IMG/VR virus record: IMGVR_UViG_3300042507_004106
Length of the DNA: 64,000 nucleotides
Source of the DNA: a virus
Lineage: Duplodnaviria; Caudoviricetes
Direction: 5' to 3' (one strand)
The notes beneath the pieces are model-generated. The model did no database searches and was not told the DNA's origin. It saw only the letters and a list, made by a program, of their open reading frames with translations. A program made the translations under genes and the position numbers. Positions 1-10,201 of this stretch are shown piece after piece (the first letter of the stretch is position 1; each line of letters begins with the position of its first letter).

Positions 1-161
1 CTCTGAACTTCGCGAGAGAGTGTCTCCATAGGATACATTCTTCCGTTACGGTTACAGATATCACCTTGAAGGAAAACACCTTCAATATACATTTTCTTTT
101 GAGATCCTTTTCCTTCGGTAATAAATTCTACCTTTGAAATTTCTTCTGTGATGAGTTTCAT
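1..161 (-). CDS. gp21: prohead core protease, N-terminal part (runs off window)
   Basis: Hand translation from ATG at 161: MKLITEEISKVEFITEGKGSQKKMYIEGVFLQGDICNRNGRMYPMETLSREV, matching the T4-like gp21 N-terminus (YIEGxFLQ..NRNGRxYP); syntenic downstream of gp20. Confidence 0.93.
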   Translation of the reverse strand, partial: MKLITEEISKVEFITEGKGSQKKMYIEGVFLQGDICNRNGRMYPMETLSREVQ

Positions 162-163
162 TT

Positions 164-691
164 TTATTCGGAAACTAGTTGAACGACTTCTGTAATACTT
201 AGATTTGTTGAACCGCCAACTGCAAGAGCTGAAACTTTTACACTTCTGGATAAAGTAGATCCTGTTGCTGTAATTACACCAACTACAGTTGAAGTATTTG
301 CGGCAATCGTAACTGTACTATCTGTTATAGAAGTTACTAATTGATGAACAGTATTAATACCTGCAGGTTGAGCATTTTCAATCGTTACATAATCTCCAAC
401 CAGGAATGGATTTCCTGCATTATTATCAAAAGTAACCACTGTTGTTGTTCCAGTAGTGATTCCAGCAATTTGCTGCTTTGCAAGTCTCTCTTTCAAAACT
501 TCATTTGCGAAAGGAGAAATAAGCAATGAATTAACAGTAGCTACAGGATCGCCACCAGTTTCTACATATGCTGCAGTGGATCCAGCAGCAACTCTAATGT
601 AACCACTTTTGAGGGCAATTGGATCACTTGTAGTCGCTGTGGAAACCGTTGGTGAAATTCTATTTACATTTTGAACGATTTTTATCGCCAT
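164..691 (-). CDS. conserved cyanophage hypothetical (probable virion) protein
   Basis: 175-aa Thr/Val-rich beta-type ORF between gp20 and gp21, in the same orientation as the operon. Confidence 0.75.
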   Translation of the reverse strand: MAIKIVQNVNRISPTVSTATTSDPIALKSGYIRVAAGSTAAYVETGGDPVATVNSLLISPFANEVLKERLAKQQIAGITTGTTTVVTFDNNAGNPFLVGDYVTIENAQPAGINTVHQLVTSITDSTVTIAANTSTVVGVITATGSTLSRSVKVSALAVGGSTNLSITEVVQLVSE

Positions 692-858
692 TACGCTTCA
701 TCTCCGGATTGATCTTCAGTACCAAACATTACTGCTGCTATTTCAGGTCTAGCAGCATCTACCTTATCTGCGGCTTTAGCATAAAGTAATTCTTTGATTT
801 TGTCGGAAACATCTGAAGGTGCTCCATCGGTCGCAATCAAATCGATAAGTTCTTCCAT
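691..858 (-). CDS. small acidic protein at the prohead-core (gp67/68) position
   Basis: Hand-found 55-aa ORF MEELIDLIATDGAPSDVSDKIKELLYAKAADKVDAARPEIAAVMFG..., whose stop overlaps the next ATG; late promoter just upstream. Confidence 0.7.
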   Translation of the reverse strand: MEELIDLIATDGAPSDVSDKIKELLYAKAADKVDAARPEIAAVMFGTEDQSGDEA

Positions 859-883
859 AAAAAAATGTGTGCTAATATAAGAT

Positions 884-891
884 TATTTATA
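884..891 (-). promoter_or_regulatory. T4-type late promoter TATAAATA
   Basis: Plus strand TATTTATA at 884-891, about 26 nt upstream of the ATG at 858. Confidence 0.75.
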
Positions 892-2581
892 TCTTCCCAC
901 CTTTGGGTTCTTTGATTTCTACTTCTGGGGCGCTAATAGTTGGTTCAATTGGAACTTCTCCACCTGCTCCTTGTTCTATAGCCTGCCCAGCAGATTCACC
1001 AGCTGGTGGTAATGGATTGCCCATTTCATCTACTGGAGCATTGGGATCTGGGAGAATACCTTTTTGGATCTCATCCTCAATTTGCTCATCGATTTCAATA
1101 ATTTCGGAATCAGTTTGGCGAAGAATTTTTCTACGAACATATTCTGTAGAATAATACTTACCAATATATGGTTCTACGGTAGTTAAGAGAGTTAGGCGAT
1201 TGGTGAGTAATTCTGCCTCTTTAAGTTCTGAGAAATGGTTATCATATAAGAAGTCATATTGAATATGATCCTCCATTCTTTCCCAATCTTCTGGAGTTAC
1301 TACGTTCTTCAGAAGAAGTTGTGTACGAAGCATGTCATTGAACATTTGAGCAAAACGCTTTCTCAAACGTCCAACGAACTTCGAAAACTTAAGTTCATCG
1401 CGAAGAATCTCAGATGAGCGACCTAAGTTAAATCCATCACCGGAACCGGTAATTCTTGATTCTGGAACATTTAAAGATCTATAAAGTTTTCTCTGGAAAT
1501 AATCAATATCACTAATTTCACCAAGATTTTGTCCACCAGGAAGAGTAGTAATTTCTGTACCTCTACCACCTTCACGGCGAGGAAGCCAGAAATCCTCAAG
1601 CATACTCATGAATTTCCGATCGTCACGGATTTCTCCAGTGTTTGCATCGTAGACGAGTTTGTTACGATAGCGACTCATTACCTCTTTAAGATATTGTTCC
1701 GCTTTAACTTTTGGGAGATTACCTACGTCAATATAAAAAATACGACGTTCTGGTGCTCTAGATAACCTATAGATAACTAATGAATCCTCAATCATTCTCA
1801 ATTGATTGAGTGCCTTAATTGCTTTATGGAGATATGAAAGAACCGTTCCCTTATTTCTATCTACAAGACCAGATGTGCAATAAGTAATAGAATCTTTTGC
1901 AATCTTAATCGATCCTTTTGATGCACCACTCAAAGAACCCATTGGATAGTTCGGCATTGGGCTATAGATAAAATACTCTTCAATATCTGAGTATGATGCT
2001 TCAGAATCTAAAGATTGTGCATTAGAAGTAAGCCTACTTACAATAGGTTCATTCTTAATGCCCGTCATTTTCTTCTCTTGACGAACATGTTTCATTTTCA
2101 TTGGATCAATATACCTGAGTTCTTTGATTCCCTCCTCAGGTTTTTTGATATCAATGACTTTTAGATAATATAAACGACCATCTACGTACCAATTTCTAAA
2201 AATTTCGTGACTTTTTCTATCAAAGTCCATCATCTCTTTGATAGACTTAAATTCCTCTCTTATAATTTTCTTTAATTTATCACTAGCATTTAAGTTTGAA
2301 AGTTCAATTTCTACTGGAGAATCATAGAGATCACTTACAATTGCTTCATTAACAACATCTTCAATGGCGCTATCGCATTCTGGGTGTAAAGCCATTTCGC
2401 GATAGCGACGCATCAAATCAAATTCAGTCCTATAAACACCCTCAATATCTACATATTGTCCATAAAATCCAGATTGAATATAATAATCAACCCCGTCCTC
2501 ATCGGTTGGAGGGACGGGGGAAACTATAGATTTGGATTTGTCTTCGTTATCTTCAATCGAAAAACCAAAAAGTTTCGCCAT
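887..2581 (-). CDS. gp20: portal vertex protein
   Basis: 564 aa; YRLSRAPERRIFYIDVGNLPKVKAEQYL and EDFWLPRREGGRGTEITTLPGGQNLG are T4-like gp20 signatures. Confidence 0.98.
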   Translation of the reverse strand: MAKLFGFSIEDNEDKSKSIVSPVPPTDEDGVDYYIQSGFYGQYVDIEGVYRTEFDLMRRYREMALHPECDSAIEDVVNEAIVSDLYDSPVEIELSNLNASDKLKKIIREEFKSIKEMMDFDRKSHEIFRNWYVDGRLYYLKVIDIKKPEEGIKELRYIDPMKMKHVRQEKKMTGIKNEPIVSRLTSNAQSLDSEASYSDIEEYFIYSPMPNYPMGSLSGASKGSIKIAKDSITYCTSGLVDRNKGTVLSYLHKAIKALNQLRMIEDSLVIYRLSRAPERRIFYIDVGNLPKVKAEQYLKEVMSRYRNKLVYDANTGEIRDDRKFMSMLEDFWLPRREGGRGTEITTLPGGQNLGEISDIDYFQRKLYRSLNVPESRITGSGDGFNLGRSSEILRDELKFSKFVGRLRKRFAQMFNDMLRTQLLLKNVVTPEDWERMEDHIQYDFLYDNHFSELKEAELLTNRLTLLTTVEPYIGKYYSTEYVRRKILRQTDSEIIEIDEQIEDEIQKGILPDPNAPVDEMGNPLPPAGESAGQAIEQGAGGEVPIEPTISAPEVEIKEPKGGKI

Positions 2582-2609
2582 TTTATAAACTTAATACCTT
2601 GTTATATAC

Positions 2610-2616
2610 TATTTAG
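2610..2616 (-). promoter_or_regulatory. late promoter CTAAATA
   Basis: Plus strand TATTTAG, about 30 nt upstream of the gp20 start. Confidence 0.65.
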
Positions 2617-3203
2617 TTGATATCAGAACCGCCTGCTGCTGAAGAAGTGCCCTTAACTGCTTCCCACCAGTGAACTTGAAGTTCAACTGTGAATTCCTGA
2701 ATAGAATCAGTTCCATAATCAAGAGGAATTGAACTGATGCTAGTTGGGAATAAATCGTACATATGATATGATCTTAGGATAGATCCATCACGATTTAATT
2801 GGTGGACATAAGCATCTGCTTCATATTGAGTTGGGTCTGTTTGTCCAGTGTTATCAGAAAGGCGGTTGATGTAGTTCATCCACTGCTCAAATGCAGATCT
2901 AATCGCAAAATCCGTGTCGTTAATGACGGTAATTGTCCAGGACTCAAAGCTGCGATCTCCAGCAAGTTTTAGAGTTCTCCCTCTAAATGCTACCTCAAGA
3001 GAGGTTACGTTTGATGATGGGATAGCAGCTGCCTTTACAAGAAATCTGGACTTATCAAGAACTACATTATCAACGTTGATTGCTGAAGGAAACGCTAATT
3101 CAACCTCAAAGAGGTTACTTCTAGTACCGCCACCGGTTAGTTTACTCTTGAAGTCAGTAATCTTCCTTAAAGGAATATTATTGATTTGTTCTCTGGTTGC
3201 CAT
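2613..3203 (-). CDS. gp19: tail tube protein
   Basis: 196 aa; FRGRTLKLAGDRSFESWTITVINDTDF and LFPTSISSIPLDY; directly follows gp18. Confidence 0.96.
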   Translation of the reverse strand: MATREQINNIPLRKITDFKSKLTGGGTRSNLFEVELAFPSAINVDNVVLDKSRFLVKAAAIPSSNVTSLEVAFRGRTLKLAGDRSFESWTITVINDTDFAIRSAFEQWMNYINRLSDNTGQTDPTQYEADAYVHQLNRDGSILRSYHMYDLFPTSISSIPLDYGTDSIQEFTVELQVHWWEAVKGTSSAAGGSDIN

Positions 3204-3225
3204 AGTTGTTAAACCTCTAGGTTAA

Positions 3226-5376
3226 TTAGAATGTTCCGATTACTTCTTCAAAGTCAACACCAGTCTTGGTGGCGATGAAGGTCAGACCGATGAAGTTAAT
3301 CGATCTGGAAGGTTTAATATAGATATCAGCAACGAATTCATTATTATCTATAATAGCAGCTGTGTTATTTGTTTCATCACAAACAACAACGTAATCAAAA
3401 ATACCTCTCTTAGCTTGAACATCACGGAGGAAAGGTTCAATAGTGTTTACAAAGTTCGTTCTAGTGATCTCGTCATTGAATTCAAAGAGTTGATCTTTTG
3501 CTGCCTGGGAAATAGCGTCCTCAAGATAAACAAAGAGACGACGAACATTGATTCTATCAAATGCTGATGCCTTAGCAAGAGCAGTTCTATCTCCAAAGAG
3601 AATAATTCCAGCACCTGGTGAGAAAATAACTGGATTAACTCTATTGCTATAGAGGCGATCTCTTTGTGATTTTGATGGGTTGTAAGGTAGTTTTACTGCG
3701 TTCAGAATTGCGCCTCTTGAAGTTCCTGCGGGCGAATACCAAGGGAAGTTATTGATATCATTACGAGCACAAAGACCTGCAATGTCTCCATTCAGAGGAA
3801 CATATCTGAAAGTATTTGAGAATCTATCATACATGTACTTATATCCACTATCAAATACTGCATATGACGAAGAAGCAATTGAAGAGTAGAATGATAGAAC
3901 GTTAGATGTGATAGTTTCTGCAGAATTTACTGTTACAGCAGTTTGTGATGATGTATCAGTAATTGCTGCTCCCCTATATGGTGAAATGAATGCGATCGAA
4001 TCTTTTCTAAGTTCTGCTACAGAGATTAACTTGTTTGCAAGTGCTTGAGCAGTTTCTTTACCATATCCAGCAGATCCCATTAAGAGGAAGTCTACCTTAA
4101 AGTTCTCTGTATTTTCAAAAAGATCATATCCAGCAGAGAGATTTGATAGATCTACAGTTAGAGCTCCTGCAGTTGTTAAACCTACTGATCCATCGTAATT
4201 TTTGCCGCCAGTTAATGTATTCGTTGTTGCTCCAGTAGCAGCAAAGGTAATTCCTTCAGCTGGTTGATCCCAACCGATATCGGTAACTTTGGCGAATCCA
4301 GAACTAAATCCTGTAGTTACAATACCTGCAGGTGCTCCGCCAGCGAAAACATACTCGGAATTAGTTGCAAGATACTTTCTCCAATAGGATGGAGATCCTG
4401 CAGAAAATTCAGCATCGGTTGCTTTAGAAAGACTTAAATGCTTTTCTAGAATGGTTCCTGCATTTCCAGTTACCTCTCCGATAGCATCAATAACTACAAC
4501 GTGAACTTCATCAAATCTGGAATTTCTTGCATCAGCGTATGCAGTGGTCGATGGTCTTGGTGCTACATTATTCCAGTTAATTGATGATGTGGTTGTTAGA
4601 CCAATTGTTTGTTGATCAAACCAATCAAACGATAAAGAAACTGCAGTAGTTGAAACTCCAACACTGCTGTTATTGATTACTGTTACATTACCTGTAGTTG
4701 TGAATGAATATAAACCATTTGGTTGATAATCAACTGCAGTTTCGGTTCCTGCAACAGATACCTGACTTAAAACTTTTACGCCGATCGTACCTGAACCAAT
4801 CTCAGTAATGATTCCTTTTAAATATCCAGATGCTGCAGAAGTTGCACCAACACCAGCAACGATACCGGTTAAAGCTTGGGTAATTCCGTAACCTACAACA
4901 GCTCCAGTTGTATTGATTCCGAGAATTTGGTCTGCCTTAGCATCAATAATCGCTACTTTGAGACCATTTGCCCAAGAACCAGGGTTCTTTGATGCAAATA
5001 CAACATCAGCAATAGTATTATCGTCGTAACCAAGTTCTTCGTAATGCTGTAAACTCTTAATTTTTACACTGGATGCAGTTCCAACGAAAGCATTTCTCAG
5101 TTGTGCATCATCAGCTCTTACAACTCTGAGTGAACCACCATAAGAAAGATATGATGATGCAACTAACCAATGCTCATAGTGCTTATCTACTGAGTATGGT
5201 TCTCCAAAATTGTTTAACAATGCATTTTCATTTTCTACCAAAGTTGGAGAATCTACAGGTCCTTTAGCAAATGGTGCTACAATTGCACCTATTTTGTTTG
5301 ATGAAGGAGTAGCTCTTCCAATTGTTAAATCAACTTCCCTTACTACAATTCCAGGAGATGCTAAATTTAGCGGCAT
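3226..5376 (-). CDS. gp18: tail sheath protein
   Basis: 716 aa; SPGIVVREVDLT N-terminus, PWYSPAGTSRG, FDRINVRRLF, FEFNDEITR. Confidence 0.98.
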   Translation of the reverse strand: MPLNLASPGIVVREVDLTIGRATPSSNKIGAIVAPFAKGPVDSPTLVENENALLNNFGEPYSVDKHYEHWLVASSYLSYGGSLRVVRADDAQLRNAFVGTASSVKIKSLQHYEELGYDDNTIADVVFASKNPGSWANGLKVAIIDAKADQILGINTTGAVVGYGITQALTGIVAGVGATSAASGYLKGIITEIGSGTIGVKVLSQVSVAGTETAVDYQPNGLYSFTTTGNVTVINNSSVGVSTTAVSLSFDWFDQQTIGLTTTSSINWNNVAPRPSTTAYADARNSRFDEVHVVVIDAIGEVTGNAGTILEKHLSLSKATDAEFSAGSPSYWRKYLATNSEYVFAGGAPAGIVTTGFSSGFAKVTDIGWDQPAEGITFAATGATTNTLTGGKNYDGSVGLTTAGALTVDLSNLSAGYDLFENTENFKVDFLLMGSAGYGKETAQALANKLISVAELRKDSIAFISPYRGAAITDTSSQTAVTVNSAETITSNVLSFYSSIASSSYAVFDSGYKYMYDRFSNTFRYVPLNGDIAGLCARNDINNFPWYSPAGTSRGAILNAVKLPYNPSKSQRDRLYSNRVNPVIFSPGAGIILFGDRTALAKASAFDRINVRRLFVYLEDAISQAAKDQLFEFNDEITRTNFVNTIEPFLRDVQAKRGIFDYVVVCDETNNTAAIIDNNEFVADIYIKPSRSINFIGLTFIATKTGVDFEEVIGTF

Positions 5377-5411
5377 CTTTATTCTCCGTCTATCCAGAAT
5401 TATTCTAAAAG

Positions 5412-5419
5412 TATTTATA
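5412..5419 (-). promoter_or_regulatory. T4-type late promoter TATAAATA
   Basis: Plus strand TATTTATA about 36 nt upstream of the gp18 start. Confidence 0.8.
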
Positions 5420-5436
5420 ATTTCCTATGGTTTAAT

Positions 5437-7131
5437 CTATCTGTAGTCCCACATATAAGATCTGTCTCCATACTCATCTAAATTCCAAACTTCTAGTGGT
5501 TTATTATCGGATGATCCTGCAAACATCCACCTGTCTCCAGTTCCGTGTTCTACAAGAATATCCATTTCATCTAATCCATCAGATATAAAACCGAATGGGG
5601 ACATATCTTGCTCAATTTGATTTTTCTGCTCTTCATAAATTCTTTTACGGACATCATTATCCGTCATTTCTTTGAAATAATCCTGAGCAACTAACCAAGA
5701 GAAGATTACAAGACACATCGCTAAGTCGTCATTACAACCTTCTTCTGCTTCAAATGAATTATGCTTTTGTGCAAATGTTGTTAATTCTGATATAATATCA
5801 TAATCTACCGTAAGGAGTTTATCATCCTCTAATAAAGTTTTGAGGTTGGAGCATCCCAACTTTTTAACTGCAGCAGTCATACGAACTCCGAGTTGGGATT
5901 TTTTACCACTAAATCCAGATCCAACAATTTGCCCAGCACGACCACGCATCGCACACATTAAAACATTATCATACTCAAGATCAAAATGAAGAATATTAGA
6001 TACCTGATCCCCAATATCATTAACTTCAATTAATAACCAAGCATCATTGTATCCTTTTGCTACCTCGTATATAATACTTGGAAATAGCATCGGTTTAATC
6101 TCATTATTTCTATACTTCGCTACAACTTTATATGGAAAGTTAGTTATATCAAAAACAATAAATGCAGAGTAGTCGTTTCCAAGACCTCTTGCAACGTCAA
6201 CTGTGATTAGGTAGTTATGCTCCTCTTTTGGATTTACATATACATCTAATCCAGCATTTCTCTTAATCGGATCTTCATAAACAAGATTTCTCAATTTTGA
6301 TGGATTAATAAGAGTATTAACCGATCCTAAAAACTCACACTCAAACTCAACTTTGAACTGTTGTTCGGAAGTGTTCGCAATCGTCTGTTCCTTCCACGCA
6401 GCGTCCCTTCCGGGCACTTCAGACCAATGAACATCAGTAGGTACATATTCGTTCTTGCCGCGTTCAGCGTCATGCCACATACGGTAGAAGTGGTTCATAC
6501 CGCGTGGTGTTGAAACGATGATTACCTTCGTGCTCTGTCCAGAAGAAATAGTAGGATAAACAGATGCAAAGAAGTCATCAGCAATGTGATTTGGAATGAA
6601 CGCGAATTCGTCAAGAAAGATGACATTATAGGATCCGCCTCGGACAGCAGATGAGGAAGTAGAGTTAGATGAAATTTTGGATCCATTTTCTAGTTCCAGA
6701 GATCCTTTATTCCAAGATATAATACCTTGTTGCATCCATTTTGGTAAGTTCTCATAAGCAAGTTGTAATCTACCAAGTAAATCTCTAGCAGTAGATGCTT
6801 TGTTTGCTAAAATAGCTATGTTTACATTATCGTTGAATACGGCATAATGTAGTAAGTATGAGACGCAAGTTGTAGATTTACCCGTCTGCCGGGGCATCTT
6901 ACAAATATTAAATCTGTTCTTGTGAAAGTTTTCAATCAACTTCTCTTGAAATGGATACATCTCAAAAGGAACTAGACCGTGATCAAGAGATACGATCTTA
7001 ATATAATTTCTAGCAAAATATACAGGATCTTCTTTACACTTTAAGAACTCAATAATTTGTTCTTCAGTGAATTGAATTTGTGTATTCGCTTTTTTCAGGT
7101 TTGGATTTCCCAAATAGATATTATCACTCAT
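5437..7131 (-). CDS. gp17: terminase large subunit
   Basis: 564 aa; Walker A RQTGKST, Walker B IFLDEFAF, nuclease TVDVARG and DDLAM. Confidence 0.98.
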   Translation of the reverse strand: MSDNIYLGNPNLKKANTQIQFTEEQIIEFLKCKEDPVYFARNYIKIVSLDHGLVPFEMYPFQEKLIENFHKNRFNICKMPRQTGKSTTCVSYLLHYAVFNDNVNIAILANKASTARDLLGRLQLAYENLPKWMQQGIISWNKGSLELENGSKISSNSTSSSAVRGGSYNVIFLDEFAFIPNHIADDFFASVYPTISSGQSTKVIIVSTPRGMNHFYRMWHDAERGKNEYVPTDVHWSEVPGRDAAWKEQTIANTSEQQFKVEFECEFLGSVNTLINPSKLRNLVYEDPIKRNAGLDVYVNPKEEHNYLITVDVARGLGNDYSAFIVFDITNFPYKVVAKYRNNEIKPMLFPSIIYEVAKGYNDAWLLIEVNDIGDQVSNILHFDLEYDNVLMCAMRGRAGQIVGSGFSGKKSQLGVRMTAAVKKLGCSNLKTLLEDDKLLTVDYDIISELTTFAQKHNSFEAEEGCNDDLAMCLVIFSWLVAQDYFKEMTDNDVRKRIYEEQKNQIEQDMSPFGFISDGLDEMDILVEHGTGDRWMFAGSSDNKPLEVWNLDEYGDRSYMWDYR

Positions 7132-7137
7132 AATAAG

Positions 7138-8448
7138 TTACCTACTAATTTCTTCCCAGTCCATAGACCCGTGAATATCTGCACCATTAGCATTGGAAGA
7201 AGCAACGAGAGAAAGTTCATAAGGTGTCCCATTTAATGCATCTCTTTCTAACTGAAACTTGAATAATGCCTCTTTAAGAATATCAACCGGTGTTGAACCT
7301 TGATTAGACCCGTACAAATATCCAGATGCTAATATTCTTCCACCAGTATAAGTTCCACCATCAATTTTATATTCAACAGAACTATCAAGACCAGCATCAT
7401 TCCAAGTTCCACCAACAGATGTTCCAGATGCTCTTACTTGCCAGTTATAAGTTGCATTATTTGTAATACCAAGAATTGAAAGTGCAGTTAGAATTACAAT
7501 TGCATCCAATCTATTTGGTGTTGCTTTAAGGCGAATTGATATAACTGTATAATAAGTTCCTGCCGTTGTTAAATCGACTGGTGTTTGAACAGGTGTTCCA
7601 ACTGCCTGCTGCAATCCACGCAGTTCATAACCACCTTCTGAGATAACAGTAGAACAAACCTGTTTGAGTGTGCTTGCACTAGTTGTAATTCCAGTGTTAG
7701 CAATCTCATATCTCAAAGGAAGAGATGCTGTTGTAATATAAGTTGATTGAATTAAGTTTGCGTGATGAAATGAGTGTGCATGAATAAACTTTCCATCAAT
7801 TACGAATCCAAGTCTTACTGTACCAAGTCCCAGCCACTCAATATCCATCCAAAGAATTTGTGCTTTGGAGATATCTAATGTAATACCAGAAACACCAGTT
7901 CCATCTAATTTATCAATATTCCAATCAGATTGTGCAACTGAAGTTGAAGTTCCAGTAGATAAACTTCTTTCTACAAAATAAGGTGTTGTTCCATTAATTT
8001 CAAAATACATTCCGTTATCAGCACCAAAATATCCAACTCTTTGTCTTAAGTTTGTTTTTGGTGTAGCAGGAATGAAAGTATTTAAAACAAGTAATGATTT
8101 CCCTGGTTGATAAGAGAATACTTTTGTAGTTTCTCTAATAACAGAATCACCACTTGTAGTTCCAATTCCAATATTGACTAATCCTTGAGCAGTTACAAAT
8201 CCAACTGTAGAACCAGTTCCTACAATCAAACTATTCCAAAGATTGTTGTCTCCATATCTATGAGAGGAATCAAATAAGGTAAGTGGTTGAGATGTTCTAG
8301 TTCTTCCAAAAGCATCTGGATTTACACTTACAGGAAATCTATTATAGTTATCAACAACATTTCCATCCCTCGTTGCGATTAAGGGAACCTCAAAAAGTGT
8401 TCTTTCTTGATTTAGAAAGTCTTGTTCATTTTTATTCCACTGTGCCAT
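7138..8448 (-). CDS. conserved cyanophage hypothetical virion-type protein
   Basis: 436-aa beta-rich ORF (DAFGRTRTSQPLTLFDS, YQPGKSLL, WLGLGTVRLGF) in the late cluster. Confidence 0.75.
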   Translation of the reverse strand: MAQWNKNEQDFLNQERTLFEVPLIATRDGNVVDNYNRFPVSVNPDAFGRTRTSQPLTLFDSSHRYGDNNLWNSLIVGTGSTVGFVTAQGLVNIGIGTTSGDSVIRETTKVFSYQPGKSLLVLNTFIPATPKTNLRQRVGYFGADNGMYFEINGTTPYFVERSLSTGTSTSVAQSDWNIDKLDGTGVSGITLDISKAQILWMDIEWLGLGTVRLGFVIDGKFIHAHSFHHANLIQSTYITTASLPLRYEIANTGITTSASTLKQVCSTVISEGGYELRGLQQAVGTPVQTPVDLTTAGTYYTVISIRLKATPNRLDAIVILTALSILGITNNATYNWQVRASGTSVGGTWNDAGLDSSVEYKIDGGTYTGGRILASGYLYGSNQGSTPVDILKEALFKFQLERDALNGTPYELSLVASSNANGADIHGSMDWEEISR

Positions 8449-8451
8449 AAA

Positions 8452-8760
8452 TTACTCACCCCACGATAATCTTTCTGGTCTGTATCTTTCTGCGTTTTTA
8501 ACTTTTATAGAAGTAGATTCTGCTGGATAGATATTATGAACTATCGCTCCAGGATATTCTTTTTGCAGTTGCTCTGCAAGTTGATTTTTATCCATCATCT
8601 TACCTTCAACTTCCATACGATATAATCTTCCTTGCCAAACTACATCTGCAAGAAAAGATTCGGTTGCTGTCTCTGGTTGAGATGAATTCATATAGAGATT
8701 TCCATTGAAATCTCCAGCAATATTGATACTTTCTGAAATGAATTGTTGAAAAGATTTCAT
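8452..8760 (-). CDS. hypothetical protein with T4 capsid-targeting-sequence-like N-terminus
   Basis: Begins MKSFQQFISE; compare the T4 internal-protein CTS MKTYQEFIAE. Confidence 0.7.
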   Translation of the reverse strand: MKSFQQFISESINIAGDFNGNLYMNSSQPETATESFLADVVWQGRLYRMEVEGKMMDKNQLAEQLQKEYPGAIVHNIYPAESTSIKVKNAERYRPERLSWGE

Positions 8761-8761
8761 T

Positions 8762-10186
8762 TTAGTTGCAGTTCCAACGACGGAGGGCTTTGTTGATTCT
8801 GGAATCTGGATCTCTTGCAGTTTTTGTGGAAGTCAGTTTTGATTTCATTCCAGACATACGACGGCAGAATGAAGCACGACGTTTTGCTCTTTTACCTTCT
8901 GGATTTTTTTCAGTTACTGCAGTTTGAAGTTTTGAACCTGGATTCTCGCGACGATATGCATTAACTGCTTTTTGACTTAAACCATCAGTCTTATCTTGAC
9001 GATTAACTTTTTGCCAGTCTTCCGATAATCCAAAGTCTGCTCTCCAGTTTGAATATTCCTCTACCTTCATTTCACCACTATCGATATAATCTGCGGCAGC
9101 ATCAATATAATCTGCTGCTTTAGTAATTTTTGATTGAACCCACGCTTCAATATTACCTTCGCCCTTCATTTTTTTACGAAGTCTCTTTGCAGCAGAGATG
9201 ATTGTAGAAATTTCTGAGCGAGCCATTGAGTGCTCATGATCATAAGACTCTGGAAAATTACCAGGATGTACAGTTGCGATATTATATTTTAATTGATTAG
9301 TTGTTAGTGCTGAAGGAATTGAGAACATATCCCAATACTTTGGTCCATATTTGCACTCACTTCTAGTTTCATCTTTTTTGCATTTTGGACAATATCTGAT
9401 CATTGATTGTTCCTCCTTTACTGGTACACAATTTGGGACCATTTTTTTACCTTTTTTCTTCATTCCTTCTTGCTTATATCCATCCCAACAATCTTCTGAT
9501 TTAGTTCCCCAGTTAGCAGCACCAACCTTACGGCACTTAACCAATGCTCCTGATGCATATGCACTTGGCCAAACATCATATCTAGATTTTACTTTTTGAT
9601 AACAAGCATCTTTCTTACCACTACCCTTGCCTGGTTTATCTTTAACTTCTTGTAAGTTCATTTCTTCAGTTCTTACGTTTGTTGGTTTAGCGCCACCAGT
9701 TTTTTCTGGTTGATTTGGATCTAATCTATTTTTTCTTCTTCTTGCCGCCTCTTCTTCATCTTTAGACAAAGATCTTTTCATTTTTGAACTTCCGCATTTT
9801 GGAGTAGAAGTTTGACCTGGTTGACGGGCACAAGGTTTACCTGCCCATTTTCCACCTAACTGAACCCACCCCCTTTTACCATCAGATGATTTAGATTTAT
9901 TAAACCAATCGTGAAGACCTTGATCCCCAGAAGTAGTTTCTTCTTTCACATCCTTAAACTTTTTATGATGCTTTTTAGCATCTGACTCCATTTTTTTCAA
10001 ACGAGTATAATAATCTGGAATTTCATCTAGATGTTGAAGAGCAATATCTGTAGCAAGATCTTTATCTCTAGTATGCTCGTGCTCAATAGGAATTCCCATT
10101 TCAAGTTGCTTTCTTATGAAAGAAGCATCTAAGCGATGTTTCTTCGCAATTTCTTCAACTGTTTTATGGGGTTTGACCTTATGCAC
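8762..10186 (-). CDS. modular basic protein, candidate head-internal polyprotein
   Basis: 474 aa made of short, distinct Lys/Arg/Cys-rich modules (e.g. DACYQKVKSRYDVWPSAYASGALVKCRK; RRASFCRRMSGMK) separated by x-x-E|E/D junctions. Confidence 0.7.
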   Translation of the reverse strand: MHKVKPHKTVEEIAKKHRLDASFIRKQLEMGIPIEHEHTRDKDLATDIALQHLDEIPDYYTRLKKMESDAKKHHKKFKDVKEETTSGDQGLHDWFNKSKSSDGKRGWVQLGGKWAGKPCARQPGQTSTPKCGSSKMKRSLSKDEEEAARRRKNRLDPNQPEKTGGAKPTNVRTEEMNLQEVKDKPGKGSGKKDACYQKVKSRYDVWPSAYASGALVKCRKVGAANWGTKSEDCWDGYKQEGMKKKGKKMVPNCVPVKEEQSMIRYCPKCKKDETRSECKYGPKYWDMFSIPSALTTNQLKYNIATVHPGNFPESYDHEHSMARSEISTIISAAKRLRKKMKGEGNIEAWVQSKITKAADYIDAAADYIDSGEMKVEEYSNWRADFGLSEDWQKVNRQDKTDGLSQKAVNAYRRENPGSKLQTAVTEKNPEGKRAKRRASFCRRMSGMKSKLTSTKTARDPDSRINKALRRWNCN

Positions 10187-10201
10187 AATAATAAAAAATT
10201 A

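Noticed and set aside
5437-7131. Possible intein or intron in terminase or portal
   Set aside because: Lengths and motif spacing are normal for T4-like gp17 and gp20; no splicing motifs seen.
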